A stretch of DNA of 64,000 nucleotides from NCBI GenBank assembly GCA_003566885.1, contig PXBO01000060.1:144-64143 (forward strand), given 5' to 3'. Positions within the stretch are counted from its first letter, which is position 1; each line of letters opens with the position of its first letter. The translations under genes were made by a program, and so were the position numbers. Positions 37,855-46,984 of this stretch are shown in pieces. The notes beneath the pieces are model-generated. The model was not told the DNA's origin, searched no databases, and saw only the letters and a program-made list of their open reading frames with translations. The stretch comes from Opitutia bacterium (GTDB taxonomy: Bacteria > Verrucomicrobiota > Verrucomicrobiia > Opitutales > T3Sed10-336).

Positions 37855-40800
37855 TTACTCCACCTTCATGATACCATTCATCACCCGCCAGTGGCCGGGG
37901 AAGGTGCAGACGTAGGGGTAGTCGCCCGGCTCTTCGGGTGCGGTAAATTCAAGTATCTGCTCTTCTCCCGGGGCCAGCATGCGGGTGGCGTGCAGCACCT
38001 CATCGGAATCGGGAACATACTCGCGCGCCAGCCCTTCCGGCGTAAGGCTCATGCGGTCGGCCGCCACGCCGACCGACTCCAGGGCGCCGGGGCGGACTAT
38101 GAGAAGATTGTGCTCCATGTGGTCGGTATTGATAAAATGGATACGCACCCGCTGACCCCGCCGCACCTGGAATTCTTCGACATCGAACTCCATCGTGCCG
38201 TTCACCACCCCGATGCGCACGACCAGAACATCGTCGTCCCCGGCCGCCGTTTCTTCGACCGGAAGTGGCGTCTCGGGCCGAAAGCCGGTCGTCCGCACCA
38301 TCTCGGCCACCTGGGCCAAACGTCCCTCGGGCGACGCTGCGGAAAGCTCGACATCGAGGGCACTCGACGCCGTCAGAAACCCGTCGCGGTGCACGGCGGC
38401 GGCGATCGTCCCCGCTTCGCGTATCCAGCGGTCCGTGACATTCTCATCGGCGCGCAGCATCCGGAAGATCGATTCTCCCGCGGGACCGGATGGGGGAAGG
38501 TCGGCCAGGGCAATAAGGGTCGCGAGCCGGACCTGGACGTTGTCGTCGGTCAGCAGTTCCGCCGACAGAATCCGCTCGACCGACTCCGGCGCCGGCGGAA
38601 GCACCTGCACCGCATTGCGGCGGACCCCGGCGGAGGGGTGCTCGAGCGCCCGGTACGCGGAGGCCAAGGCGCGGCCGTTGCCTTCGGCATCCAATTGCCC
38701 CAGCCCGTGCAGGGTCCACAGGGCGTGAATGGCGCCGGCGTTGAGCCCGATCGCGTCCACAGATCGATCGTCGACGAGGGCAATCAGGGCGTCCGTCACG
38801 TCGGCCTCGCCCCGCTCCACCAACAACCTCTGGGCATGCATTCGCCAGAGCTGGTTGTCGTGCCGCAGGGCTTCCACCAGGACCTCGGGCGCGGCGCTCG
38901 CCAGGTCGATCGGCTGGTAAGGTTCCGCGTCCTCCCAGACGATTCGATAAATCCGGCCGTGCTCCTTGTCGCGCAGGTCGGTCACATAGGCGTTGCCCGG
39001 CCCGTGCTCCTCGGCCGGGCGTCCCGGCACCAGGTGCTGGGAGACGTACTCGTAAAGGTCGGCGATCCAGACGGCGCCGTCGGGCCCCACTTCCGCCGCG
39101 ACCGGAGAGAACCAGGCGTCGTCGCCCGCGATCAGATTCATCTTGTTGAAAGCATCGAAACTCGATCCCCGGGGCTCCAGCACGAAGGAACCGGTCAGGT
39201 GCCCGGTAATGTCGGTGATCAACGCCTTGCGATTCCAGAAGGCCGGCGGATAGGCGCGCGCGGTATAGAGTGCGTGGCCCCCGGCGGCGGTGAAGCCGCC
39301 ATAGACGTTGTTCTGGCGCAGCATGTTGGTGACGGCCAGGAACCGCGGTCCGATGGAGGAAATGCCTTCGGTCATCGAAGGGCGCAACCCGTCGACTTTT
39401 TCGTAATAGCGCTGGGGAAAGGGCAGGTAGGTACTCGGCTGCGCGTTGGCGGTGGCGCCGAAAACGATTCCTTCCTCGCTCAAACCGATTCCCCAGGCGT
39501 TGTTCGATAGCGACCGCACGAACTCCAGCATGGAGCCGTCCGGTTTCATGCGGAAGATGTCATTGGCGGTGTAGGAAAAATCCCGCCCTCCGACGCTTCC
39601 TTCATAACCGGCCATTCCGACGGCGCCCCAGATGTGATTGTCGAGCCCGTACCGAATGTTGTTCGGACCGCCGTGCGTGTCCCACTGCGACCAACCTTCG
39701 ATCAGAATCTCCCGATGGTCGGCTTTTCCGTCGCCGGTGGTGTCTTTCATGAAGAGGGTGTAGGGCGCCTGTTTGACAATTACCCCGCCGCGATGAAATG
39801 CGATTCCGGTCGGAATGTTCAGATCGTCGGCAAACACCGTTATCTTGTCGGCCCGTCCGTCGCCGTTGGTGTCCTCAAGGACTTTTATCCGGTCTTTTCC
39901 CGGCTCGCCGTCGCGCACCTGGTGCGGGTAATCCACGGTCTCGGCCACCCAGAGCCGGCCGCGCTCATCCCAGGCCAGGACGATCGGGTTCACCACGTCG
40001 GGCTCCGAAGCAAAAAGCTCAACCCGGAAGCCGGCAGGGGTGATCATCCTGCTCATCGACTCTTCGGGAGATAGCGGCTCCGCCTGCAAGTCCCAGGCCT
40101 CCTCCTCGACAGGTTCGCCGAGAAACGGCGCCTGCCCGCCCGTCTGGATCAGGCGTGGCGGCGGCGGCGGATAGGTCTCGACTCTCCGGTAGCGCAACGG
40201 GCTGTGGATCGTGCGCTCGGCCAGCACCCGCGGGACATCCTGTCCGGCCGCCCAGCGAATGCCGCGTTCCAGCAGATCGTGAAACCCGGGATGCCGCCAG
40301 GAGTGGTGATCGTGGCCCCAAGCGGTGTAAAACACCCGCCCCTCGCCCTGTTCGCGCACCCACGTCCAGGGTTCCAACTCGCCGTCGTCGCGCCGATGAT
40401 AACTCAGCACCGTGCGCCCCTCCTCATTGTGGTCCCGGTGCACGCGGGTTTCATCCCAGGTCTCGAACGGCTCGAATCCCTGCATCAAGGGATGGTCCGG
40501 CTCGGCGATTTCGGTGGTCATGACCCCGTCGCCGTGCCGATCGAACCGCGCCCCCATCAGCCGTATCACCGCCTCCGAATTCACGAAGTTGTTGGTGGCG
40601 GTGTGAATCGGCAGAAACCCTCCACCGGTCTCCACGTACTCCAGCAGCGCCCGCTCCTGGTCCTCGGTGATACGAGAGCGATTAGCGTATAACAGGAACG
40701 CGTCGTAGCGGCGGAGCGTTTCCAGGTTGATGTCGTCCTGGTCCTCCGTGTAGACGAGTTCGATTCCCCGATCGAGCATGGCGGGCGCGGCGTCGCGCAG

Positions 40801-40968
40801 CCGTTCCACCGGCCGGTGCAAACCCTGGTCGCCGAGAAACAGCACCTTCAACCGGTGCGAGTCGGCGACGGCCGCGTTGGCGACAGACAACGAGGGAATG
40901 GCCGAAAGGATGACAATAAGCCCAGGGAGCAGAGGCAACCACCCAATCGATTTGCGTGCGATGTTCAT
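37855..40968 (-). CDS. PVC-type membrane-bound dehydrogenase-domain protein with ThuA-like N-terminus, HEAT repeats and azurin-like C-terminus
   Basis: GRVFYTAWGHD (ThuA-like), GFRVELFASEP..WDERGRLWV..DTNGDGRAD propeller, HEAT repeats, and HN..CTFPGH..M type-1 copper site. Confidence 0.9.
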   Translation of the reverse strand: MNIARKSIGWLPLLPGLIVILSAIPSLSVANAAVADSHRLKVLFLGDQGLHRPVERLRDAAPAMLDRGIELVYTEDQDDINLETLRRYDAFLLYANRSRITEDQERALLEYVETGGGFLPIHTATNNFVNSEAVIRLMGARFDRHGDGVMTTEIAEPDHPLMQGFEPFETWDETRVHRDHNEEGRTVLSYHRRDDGELEPWTWVREQGEGRVFYTAWGHDHHSWRHPGFHDLLERGIRWAAGQDVPRVLAERTIHSPLRYRRVETYPPPPPRLIQTGGQAPFLGEPVEEEAWDLQAEPLSPEESMSRMITPAGFRVELFASEPDVVNPIVLAWDERGRLWVAETVDYPHQVRDGEPGKDRIKVLEDTNGDGRADKITVFADDLNIPTGIAFHRGGVIVKQAPYTLFMKDTTGDGKADHREILIEGWSQWDTHGGPNNIRYGLDNHIWGAVGMAGYEGSVGGRDFSYTANDIFRMKPDGSMLEFVRSLSNNAWGIGLSEEGIVFGATANAQPSTYLPFPQRYYEKVDGLRPSMTEGISSIGPRFLAVTNMLRQNNVYGGFTAAGGHALYTARAYPPAFWNRKALITDITGHLTGSFVLEPRGSSFDAFNKMNLIAGDDAWFSPVAAEVGPDGAVWIADLYEYVSQHLVPGRPAEEHGPGNAYVTDLRDKEHGRIYRIVWEDAEPYQPIDLASAAPEVLVEALRHDNQLWRMHAQRLLVERGEADVTDALIALVDDRSVDAIGLNAGAIHALWTLHGLGQLDAEGNGRALASAYRALEHPSAGVRRNAVQVLPPAPESVERILSAELLTDDNVQVRLATLIALADLPPSGPAGESIFRMLRADENVTDRWIREAGTIAAAVHRDGFLTASSALDVELSAASPEGRLAQVAEMVRTTGFRPETPLPVEETAAGDDDVLVVRIGVVNGTMEFDVEEFQVRRGQRVRIHFINTDHMEHNLLIVRPGALESVGVAADRMSLTPEGLAREYVPDSDEVLHATRMLAPGEEQILEFTAPEEPGDYPYVCTFPGHWRVMNGIMKVE

Positions 40969-41177
40969 TTCGAGGTTCCTTGTGTTGAATCCGTTACGAA
41001 TAAGCAGTTGCCGCCCGTCAAATCCTCGAAAAAACAGACCTGGCGACCTCCCCTACAGCACTGCCGAAAATCGAAAAAATGTCAACCGGCGCCCCGACCC
41101 GGCCGCAATCCATCCAGGGGGGTCGCAGGCCACAAAGAGACTTCCCGCCGGGTCCCGCTGATGATAAAACCTGTGGC

Positions 41178-41441
41178 ATGATTGAAGTTGAAAAGCTGAA
41201 CGACCAAACCTACCGGGTTACCGTGTCCGATGCCCGAACAACACGCCATGAGGTAACTCTTACCTCGGACTACCACCGGAAGCTCACCGGAGGCAAAGTG
41301 AGTCCGGAAAAACTTATCGAGCGCTCCTTTGCCTTCCTCCTGGAACGCGAACCCAATACGAGCATTCTCGCCCGTTTCGACCTGCCGGTGATCAACCGGT
41401 ATTTCCCGGAATTCGAAGAGACGATCAAAAAACGCCTTTGA
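41178..41441 (+). CDS. Small conserved hypothetical protein
   Basis: 87 aa; TRHEVT..LIERSFAFLLEREPNTSILARFDLPVINRYFPEFE. Confidence 0.8.
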   Translation: MIEVEKLNDQTYRVTVSDARTTRHEVTLTSDYHRKLTGGKVSPEKLIERSFAFLLEREPNTSILARFDLPVINRYFPEFEETIKKRL

Positions 41442-41444
41442 TGC

Positions 41445-41606
41445 TAGCCGGAATGGCACTCATATAAGCCCTCCATCGGGATCGAAAAGCCGCTAACACA
41501 ATTTCTGTCAATCACTTCGATAGCGATCCCGATTTCGATCTGCTCCGCCATCTCCGCTACGTCGATATTGAATAGAATGATCCTTAACCGAGAAGCATTC
41601 AGGCTA
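41445..41606. mobile_element. MITE-like element, copy 2
   Basis: TA-ended imperfect 24-bp TIRs (TAGCCGGAATG.. / ..CATTCAGGCTA, 17/24 match); interior homologous to 628-811. Confidence 0.7.
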
Positions 41607-41620
41607 ATCTTCCTCGCCCC

Positions 41621-41660
41621 AAAAAAAGCTCCGGCACTCAAGAATGCCGGAGCTTATTGT
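41621..41660 (-). terminator. Rho-independent terminator of the PEP-CTERM gene
   Basis: AAGCTCCGGCA / TGCCGGAGCTT stem with an A7 run (U-tract on the minus strand). Confidence 0.8.
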
Positions 41661-41696
41661 TAGAAACAATAGGTGACGCTGTTTGAAACAACGGGC

Positions 41697-42521
41697 TTAG
41701 GCGGACCGCTTGCGCCTGCGATACAGAATCGCTGCCCCGAACCCGACCAAGCCGAAGATCGCCGCATAGGTGGAAGGTTCGGGAACGGCGGTAAGGTCCG
41801 TGTAGTGTTCCACGGCGTTCCGCATCGCTATAATGCCGTCCAAGTTGTCGGCGAGAACCGTGTCGGTACCGGTACTGGCAATCTGAAACACATTCCAGAG
41901 CAGCCGGTCGCCGCCGAAGACTTGTCCCCCGGCGGACTCCTCACCGGCGAACCATCCGGCGGCGAGGATGTTGCCATTGATCGTGGCCAGGATGGTGCCG
42001 GTCCCGACCGTGCCCTCACCCAAGGCCTCGTTGCTCGCGAAGGTTGAGTGAAAGTCATGGGCGCCAGCCGAGAACCCCAGGATGGAGGCGCCCGCCGCGG
42101 TCACCGTCGTTTCGTTCCCGCTTGCGTCCGAGGCGTTGATCGTATTGCCGCTATGCCAAGACCAACGATCACCGTTCGTCCGGGACACGAAACTGGTGAA
42201 AGAGACCACCGGAATCGTCAGCGCGTTGAACGTCGCGGAATTGGTCGCGTTATTATATTCGCCGCTGTTCAGGTGACGGCCAACCATAAAAACATCGGTT
42301 CCAAGAGGAATAGTCGCGGGATCTGAAAAATTCCCGTATTGAAACGACGTAATGTTCGTGAAATTGTTGTTCACGAAGTCGATGAGCGGCTGGTCATGGC
42401 CTGCATTTGTGCCCGACATCACGACGTTCACCGCTTGAAGGGGAATTGCCCAGCCCACTGTCAGCAGGGCGAATGCAGCGATAAACTTAAATGATCGCCG
42501 CGGGGTGTGGATTTTTTTCAT
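41697..42521 (-). CDS. PEP-CTERM sorting domain protein
   Basis: Signal peptide; C-terminus VPEPSTYAAIFGLVGFGAAILYRRRKRSA. Confidence 0.95.
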   Translation of the reverse strand: MKKIHTPRRSFKFIAAFALLTVGWAIPLQAVNVVMSGTNAGHDQPLIDFVNNNFTNITSFQYGNFSDPATIPLGTDVFMVGRHLNSGEYNNATNSATFNALTIPVVSFTSFVSRTNGDRWSWHSGNTINASDASGNETTVTAAGASILGFSAGAHDFHSTFASNEALGEGTVGTGTILATINGNILAAGWFAGEESAGGQVFGGDRLLWNVFQIASTGTDTVLADNLDGIIAMRNAVEHYTDLTAVPEPSTYAAIFGLVGFGAAILYRRRKRSA

Positions 42522-42701
42522 ATTGTATTGTAGTTAGGGTTATCAGGTATAATGGGTTGTCTGTCCTCGCCTGCCGCGAGGACACTAGAGATCCGCGATT
42601 CAAAAAAGCAAGCCTTTTTTTACTACGTCCAAATAAGTTTCGCCCCGGGTGCAATGAGGGGGGGCGCGAATGGGGTCGGATCCGTTGTTTGGAAGGATTC
42701 C

Positions 42702-42730
42702 CTGGAGGGCACGGCTCCGTCCGTGCCGCC
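42702..42730 (+). repeat. REP-like hairpin, GGAG family, copy 3
   Basis: CTGGAG-GGCACGG-CTCCGT-CCGTGCC-GCC. Confidence 0.7.
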
Positions 42731-42836
42731 CGCCGGAGATGGCGCGCCCCCACGCGTCCGGCGGGCGTTCGGACGCGAAGGGCGCAGCGCCGCCGAACCT
42801 TGAAACAACCGAGCATCCGACAGGCGAGACCTTCGT

Positions 42837-43019
42837 CTACCGTCCGTCGTGCACCGATTCCAAATCGGGATCCCGTACCGCGTATCGGATCCGAACGCCT
42901 CTTGGATCCCGGGAATATTCCACAACCTGCAACATGCCGGTGATGCCCTCGACCGTGGCGAAAGTGTACGTCACGGGCAAACCTTGCCGATGCCGAACCT
43001 TGACGGCGGTTTCCGCCAC
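42837..43019 (-). pseudogene. Probable C-terminal gene remnant
   Basis: LPVTYTFATVEGITGMLQV..PRGVRIRY resembles a C-terminal module I recall from PVC kinase/M56-type proteins. No convincing start. Confidence 0.4.
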
Positions 43020-43067
43020 ACTGGGTTCGGGCGTTTCCGGGTGGCCGGCCGAATGTCGTTGATTCTT

Positions 43068-43442
43068 CTACTCTTCCGCTTCCTGCGGCCGGATCGCTTC
43101 TCCCGTCGGGGAGAGGACGATTCTCTCCGAGGCAATCTCCTTCGTCGAGTCCGCGACGAGTTCGAACATCCAGTTCAGGGCAATCAGATTTCCTGAGAAA
43201 CTGTACGGTCCGCGCGGGAGGTAAACGCTGAATGGGCGACGATCCTCGGCCGGCGGATTATCAAACGGCACTGTGCGGATGAGTTCCACTTCCGGATCCG
43301 CCCTCCCTTCCGTGTGCCAGAGGAGGTGGAGTGTAACCGTTTCCGGTTTGCTACCAAGCTTCCACGACACGGTCCCGGTCACCTCCTCGCCGGGGTGGAA
43401 GTTCCGGCGCTCGCTCGCGAACTCTATTTTCAATTCGTCCAT
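43068..43442 (-). CDS. Conserved hypothetical protein (arrestin-like beta sandwich)
   Basis: 124 aa; FHPGEEVTGTVSW..LLWHTEGR..LPRGPYSFSGNLIALNW. Confidence 0.78.
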   Translation of the reverse strand: MDELKIEFASERRNFHPGEEVTGTVSWKLGSKPETVTLHLLWHTEGRADPEVELIRTVPFDNPPAEDRRPFSVYLPRGPYSFSGNLIALNWMFELVADSTKEIASERIVLSPTGEAIRPQEAEE

Positions 43443-43445
43443 GGC

Positions 43446-43763
43446 TTAAACAACCGCCTTCGGCAGCACCACGATGGGAAAAGTGGTATCCAGATCGGGC
43501 CACCGTCGTATCTTTCCTTGAAAACGCAGACCCCAGATAATCTTGTTATTGAAGCCTTCAAACGAACACATTGTGTCGGGTGGGATTTCAATTTCCAATG
43601 TCCCTTCAGACATGGAGAATCTATCGGACGACTCGAAAAGCGTCTTCGAATAAATTTCCGAAGTGGCGGTGCGGTAAGAGTCTCTGCCCACTTTATAGTT
43701 CGCCGATTCCGTTCCTTCCAGGCAAATCGTCAATGCCTCCAGGCGGTTGTTCGGATCCTTCAT
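43446..43763 (-). CDS. Hypothetical protein, possibly the detached C-terminal domain of a DUF3592-type membrane protein
   Basis: LEGTESANY..IPPDTMCSFEGFNNKIIW..GKIRRWPD..FPIVVLP; visibly lower GC. Confidence 0.55.
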   Translation of the reverse strand: MKDPNNRLEALTICLEGTESANYKVGRDSYRTATSEIYSKTLFESSDRFSMSEGTLEIEIPPDTMCSFEGFNNKIIWGLRFQGKIRRWPDLDTTFPIVVLPKAVV

Positions 43764-43778
43764 TAATCCATCGTTCCG

Positions 43779-44165
43779 CTACCAGCCCCGCTCTCGCGCA
43801 CCTATCGCATACGCGAAATGAACAAGGCCCACGACGAAGAACAGCAGCCAGTACTTTTCCCCGACGGACCCAGCGGAATGTCCGCTCAACACACCCAACA
43901 ACGCCGGCATCATCATAAAAAAACCCGTCATCGTGGCAAAGACCCGGGCTCCTTCACGTTCCCGCGCAAAAAATCGGAACCAGAAGAAAAGCTCCATTCC
44001 CGCCACCACCAGCGGGCCCATGACAATTTTGGCGCGGAACGGATCCGTCGTACTGACCACACCCTCGGGTTGTAACACAAACTGCAAAAATTGCCAGGCG
44101 CACACCCCGATCAGTACCCAGACGGAAGCGATGAACAACAGGCGCAGGATCAGGTTGGTTCGCAT
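43779..44165 (-). CDS. Small 4-TM membrane protein
   Basis: 128 aa with four hydrophobic helices. Confidence 0.65.
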   Translation of the reverse strand: MRTNLILRLLFIASVWVLIGVCAWQFLQFVLQPEGVVSTTDPFRAKIVMGPLVVAGMELFFWFRFFAREREGARVFATMTGFFMMMPALLGVLSGHSAGSVGEKYWLLFFVVGLVHFAYAIGARERGW

Positions 44166-44200
44166 GGCTCAAAACAGGATGGCGGCGATCATGACCACTT

Positions 44201-44240
44201 TAGTCCGAATGCTACGGTTAAGGATTTTCCTATTCAATAC
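44201..44240. mobile_element. Isolated end of the same MITE family (inverted)
   Basis: The reverse complement GTATTGAATAGGAAAATCCTTAACCGTAGCATTCGGACTA matches the end of 41445-41606. Confidence 0.6.
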
Positions 44241-44419
44241 CGTTATGGTAGCGGCTCGGCCGGTTTGGGGAGAAATCTCGAATTTCAAATTTTCAATCTG
44301 AAATGCTTTTTAGTTCGACCTTCAGAGGCCGAACGAAAAAGCCGGGGTTGCGACCTGGAATCGATACATCCGCATCTTGCATTCCCCCGCGAACCCGGGT
44401 ACCGTTTGCCCTACCGCCT

Positions 44420-45145
44420 ATGCTGTCGCGATTCCGCATTCTTCTGGTCACTACGGGAATGACCGTCGCCCTTGCCGGCGCTGACCTGAGGCTCTCGTCC
44501 GCCCAGGAAACGCAACGTTCCGGCGACGAGTCCGCCTCGGCCCCACTGGAACAACTGGAACTGCGGGCCGTTGTCAGCCTGCCGGGCGCCACGCTGTTCA
44601 GCCTTCACGACCGGACCCTGGAACGCGCCTTCTGGATCGACGACGCGCAATCCCGCTACGGTATTCAGGTGGAATCCTTCGACGCTGAACGCAATCTGCT
44701 TGTTCTTCGTCATGGAACGGCCACCCGGGAACTCGCGCTTCAAAGAACGCGTATCCTCGAACGGGACGAGGAAGAGCTCACCGAACGCGAGCGACTCGAA
44801 CAGCGCTGGGCCGCGCGCGAAGAGGAGCGCGAACGCTTCGGCCCCCGCTGGGAAGCCGCCCTGGAGGATTCGCCGGAACTGCGTGAACTCACCGAGCATT
44901 TTCGCGAGGTGATCGGCGAATTCCGCGAACTGCGCGAAGGTCTCGAGAGCGCCGACGGCGACTCCGAGAAAGAAGCCCTCATCCGCGAGCGCCAACGGGC
45001 CATCGCCGCCGAATACCGCTTGATCGAAGACCTCGGGCTCAACCTGGTATCAGTGCATCCGGCGTTCGAACACGAGGACCGCGAAACGCTCGAAATTCTT
45101 CTTGGACTCGTCCGCCAGTCCTGGCCGGAAGCCGGGATGGAGTGA
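44420..45145 (+). CDS. Secreted protein with a GspC/PilP-like beta domain and coiled coil
   Basis: Start moved to ATG 44420. LEQLELRAVVSLPGATLFSLHD..AFW..ESFD; RWEAALEDSPELRE. Paralog of 26949-27731. Confidence 0.75.
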   Translation: MLSRFRILLVTTGMTVALAGADLRLSSAQETQRSGDESASAPLEQLELRAVVSLPGATLFSLHDRTLERAFWIDDAQSRYGIQVESFDAERNLLVLRHGTATRELALQRTRILERDEEELTERERLEQRWAAREEERERFGPRWEAALEDSPELRELTEHFREVIGEFRELREGLESADGDSEKEALIRERQRAIAAEYRLIEDLGLNLVSVHPAFEHEDRETLEILLGLVRQSWPEAGME

Positions 45146-45322
45146 TCTCCGCGACCTGCCCGCCGCTATGGCAGTACCAAAAGGATCCGTTGATCGAATT
45201 CGGGTGTCGGAACCCCGATTGGGCCCGACACAAAAGCAGGGGACATCGAATCGACCTGTGGATTTAATAACGGCCGATGGTCGATTGACAGGCAGCCGGC
45301 GGGGTTTAAGAATTCGATCCGC

Positions 45323-46678
45323 ATGAATCCGGTAAAATTCCTCCTGTCCGACGAGGCGCTTCCAACTCAGTGGTACAATTTGCAGGCCGACCTGCCCGAA
45401 GCGTTGCCCCCGGTCCTGCATCCGGGCACGAAGGAACCGATCACCCCGGACGATCTGGCGCCGCTCTTTGCCCAGGCGCTGATCGAGCAGGAGGTCTCCA
45501 CCGAACGCTGGATCGACATCCCGGAGCCGGTGCGCGAAATCCTGCTGCAATGGCGGTGCACGCCTTTGTACCGGGCACGCCGTCTGGAGAAGGCACTCGA
45601 TACCCCGGCGAAGATCTATTACAAATGGGAAGGCACCAGTCCGAGCGGATCACACAAGCCGAACACGGCAGTTCCGCAGGCCTACTACAACCGGGCCGAA
45701 GGCATCCGCAAAATTTCCACCGAAACCGGCGCCGGCCAGTGGGGAAGTTCGCTGGCCATGGCCTGTTCCGTTTTCGGGCTGGAATGCCTCGTGTACATGG
45801 TCAAGGTTTCCTACAACCAGAAGCCCTACCGGCGAGCCCTGATGGAAACCTTCGGCGCCACCTGCATCGCCAGCCCATCCGACACCACCGAAAGCGGCCG
45901 CCGGATCCTGAAGGATGATCCCGACTGCACCGGTTCGCTCGGCATCGCCATTTCCGAGGCGGTGGAAATCGCGGCCAAAAATGAAGACACCCGTTATTGC
46001 CTGGGCAGCGTGCTCAATCATGTCCTGCTCCACCAGACCGTCATCGGGCTTGAGTGCCAAAAGCAGATGGAGATGGCCGACGATTACCCGGACGTCATCG
46101 TCGGTTGCACCGGAGGCGGCTCGAACTACGCCGGAATCTGTTTCCCTTTCCTCGGCGAGAAACTTCGCGGAGGGCGGGGCGTTCGCCTGCTGGCGGTGGA
46201 GCCGGCCGCCTGTCCGACCCTGACCAAAGGCCCCCTCGCCTACGATTTCGGAGACACCGCGCACCTCACCCCCCTGGTGAAGATGCACACCCTCGGCAGC
46301 GGCTTTGTTCCCGCCGGCTTTCACAGCGGCGGACTGCGCTACCACGGGATGGCACCGCTGGTCAGTCACGTGCTCGACCTCGGGCTTTCGGAAGCGCGGG
46401 CCATCAACCAGTTGGAATGTTTCGCCTCGGGTGTCACCTTTGCGAAAGCCGAAGGGATCATTCCGGCCCCGGAAGCCACCCACGCCATCGCCGGCGCCAT
46501 CCAGGAAGCCAACCGGTGCAAGGAGGAAGGCCGTACCGAAACGATTCTGTTCAACCTCTGCGGGCACGGGCACTTCGACATGCAGGCCTACATCGACTAC
46601 CACGCGGGCAAATTGCGCGACTACGACTACCCGCAAGAGGAAATCGCCATGGCCCTGGCAGGCCTGCCCAAGGTTTAG
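45323..46678 (+). CDS. trpB2: TrpB-like PLP enzyme (TrpB2)
   Basis: 451 aa; WYNLQADLP, SGSHKPNTA, TETGAGQWG, GGGSN, GGLRYHG and CGHGHFDM. No trpA nearby. Confidence 0.95.
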   Translation: MNPVKFLLSDEALPTQWYNLQADLPEALPPVLHPGTKEPITPDDLAPLFAQALIEQEVSTERWIDIPEPVREILLQWRCTPLYRARRLEKALDTPAKIYYKWEGTSPSGSHKPNTAVPQAYYNRAEGIRKISTETGAGQWGSSLAMACSVFGLECLVYMVKVSYNQKPYRRALMETFGATCIASPSDTTESGRRILKDDPDCTGSLGIAISEAVEIAAKNEDTRYCLGSVLNHVLLHQTVIGLECQKQMEMADDYPDVIVGCTGGGSNYAGICFPFLGEKLRGGRGVRLLAVEPAACPTLTKGPLAYDFGDTAHLTPLVKMHTLGSGFVPAGFHSGGLRYHGMAPLVSHVLDLGLSEARAINQLECFASGVTFAKAEGIIPAPEATHAIAGAIQEANRCKEEGRTETILFNLCGHGHFDMQAYIDYHAGKLRDYDYPQEEIAMALAGLPKV

Positions 46679-46984
46679 TCCCTTATTCCTGAAGTCCTGC
46701 GCTGGCCTCAGGAACCGGCGCGTTCGCGCGCACGCGGACCTTGGACCACCTCCGGACGGGGCACCCCATGGTACACTCGGCGCCTTCCGTGGCCAAATTC
46801 TTGTTATCTACAGAGTTGGAATCCGGAATGCCGGATTGTGATCACGGGAATTATTTATCTTGTCTAATCGAGGTTAAAGGTATGTATTATTATAATGTCA
46901 CCTAAAAATCCGTTTAGGCTTGAACCCACTGAACCACCCTCACGTTGACTCACTCCGCCATCGTCCGGTTTTCCGACCATCACC

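Noticed and set aside
43068-43070. Programmed amber readthrough into 42837-43067
   Set aside because: The upstream protein looks complete, in-frame continuation has a one-in-three chance, and no recoding signal is evident.
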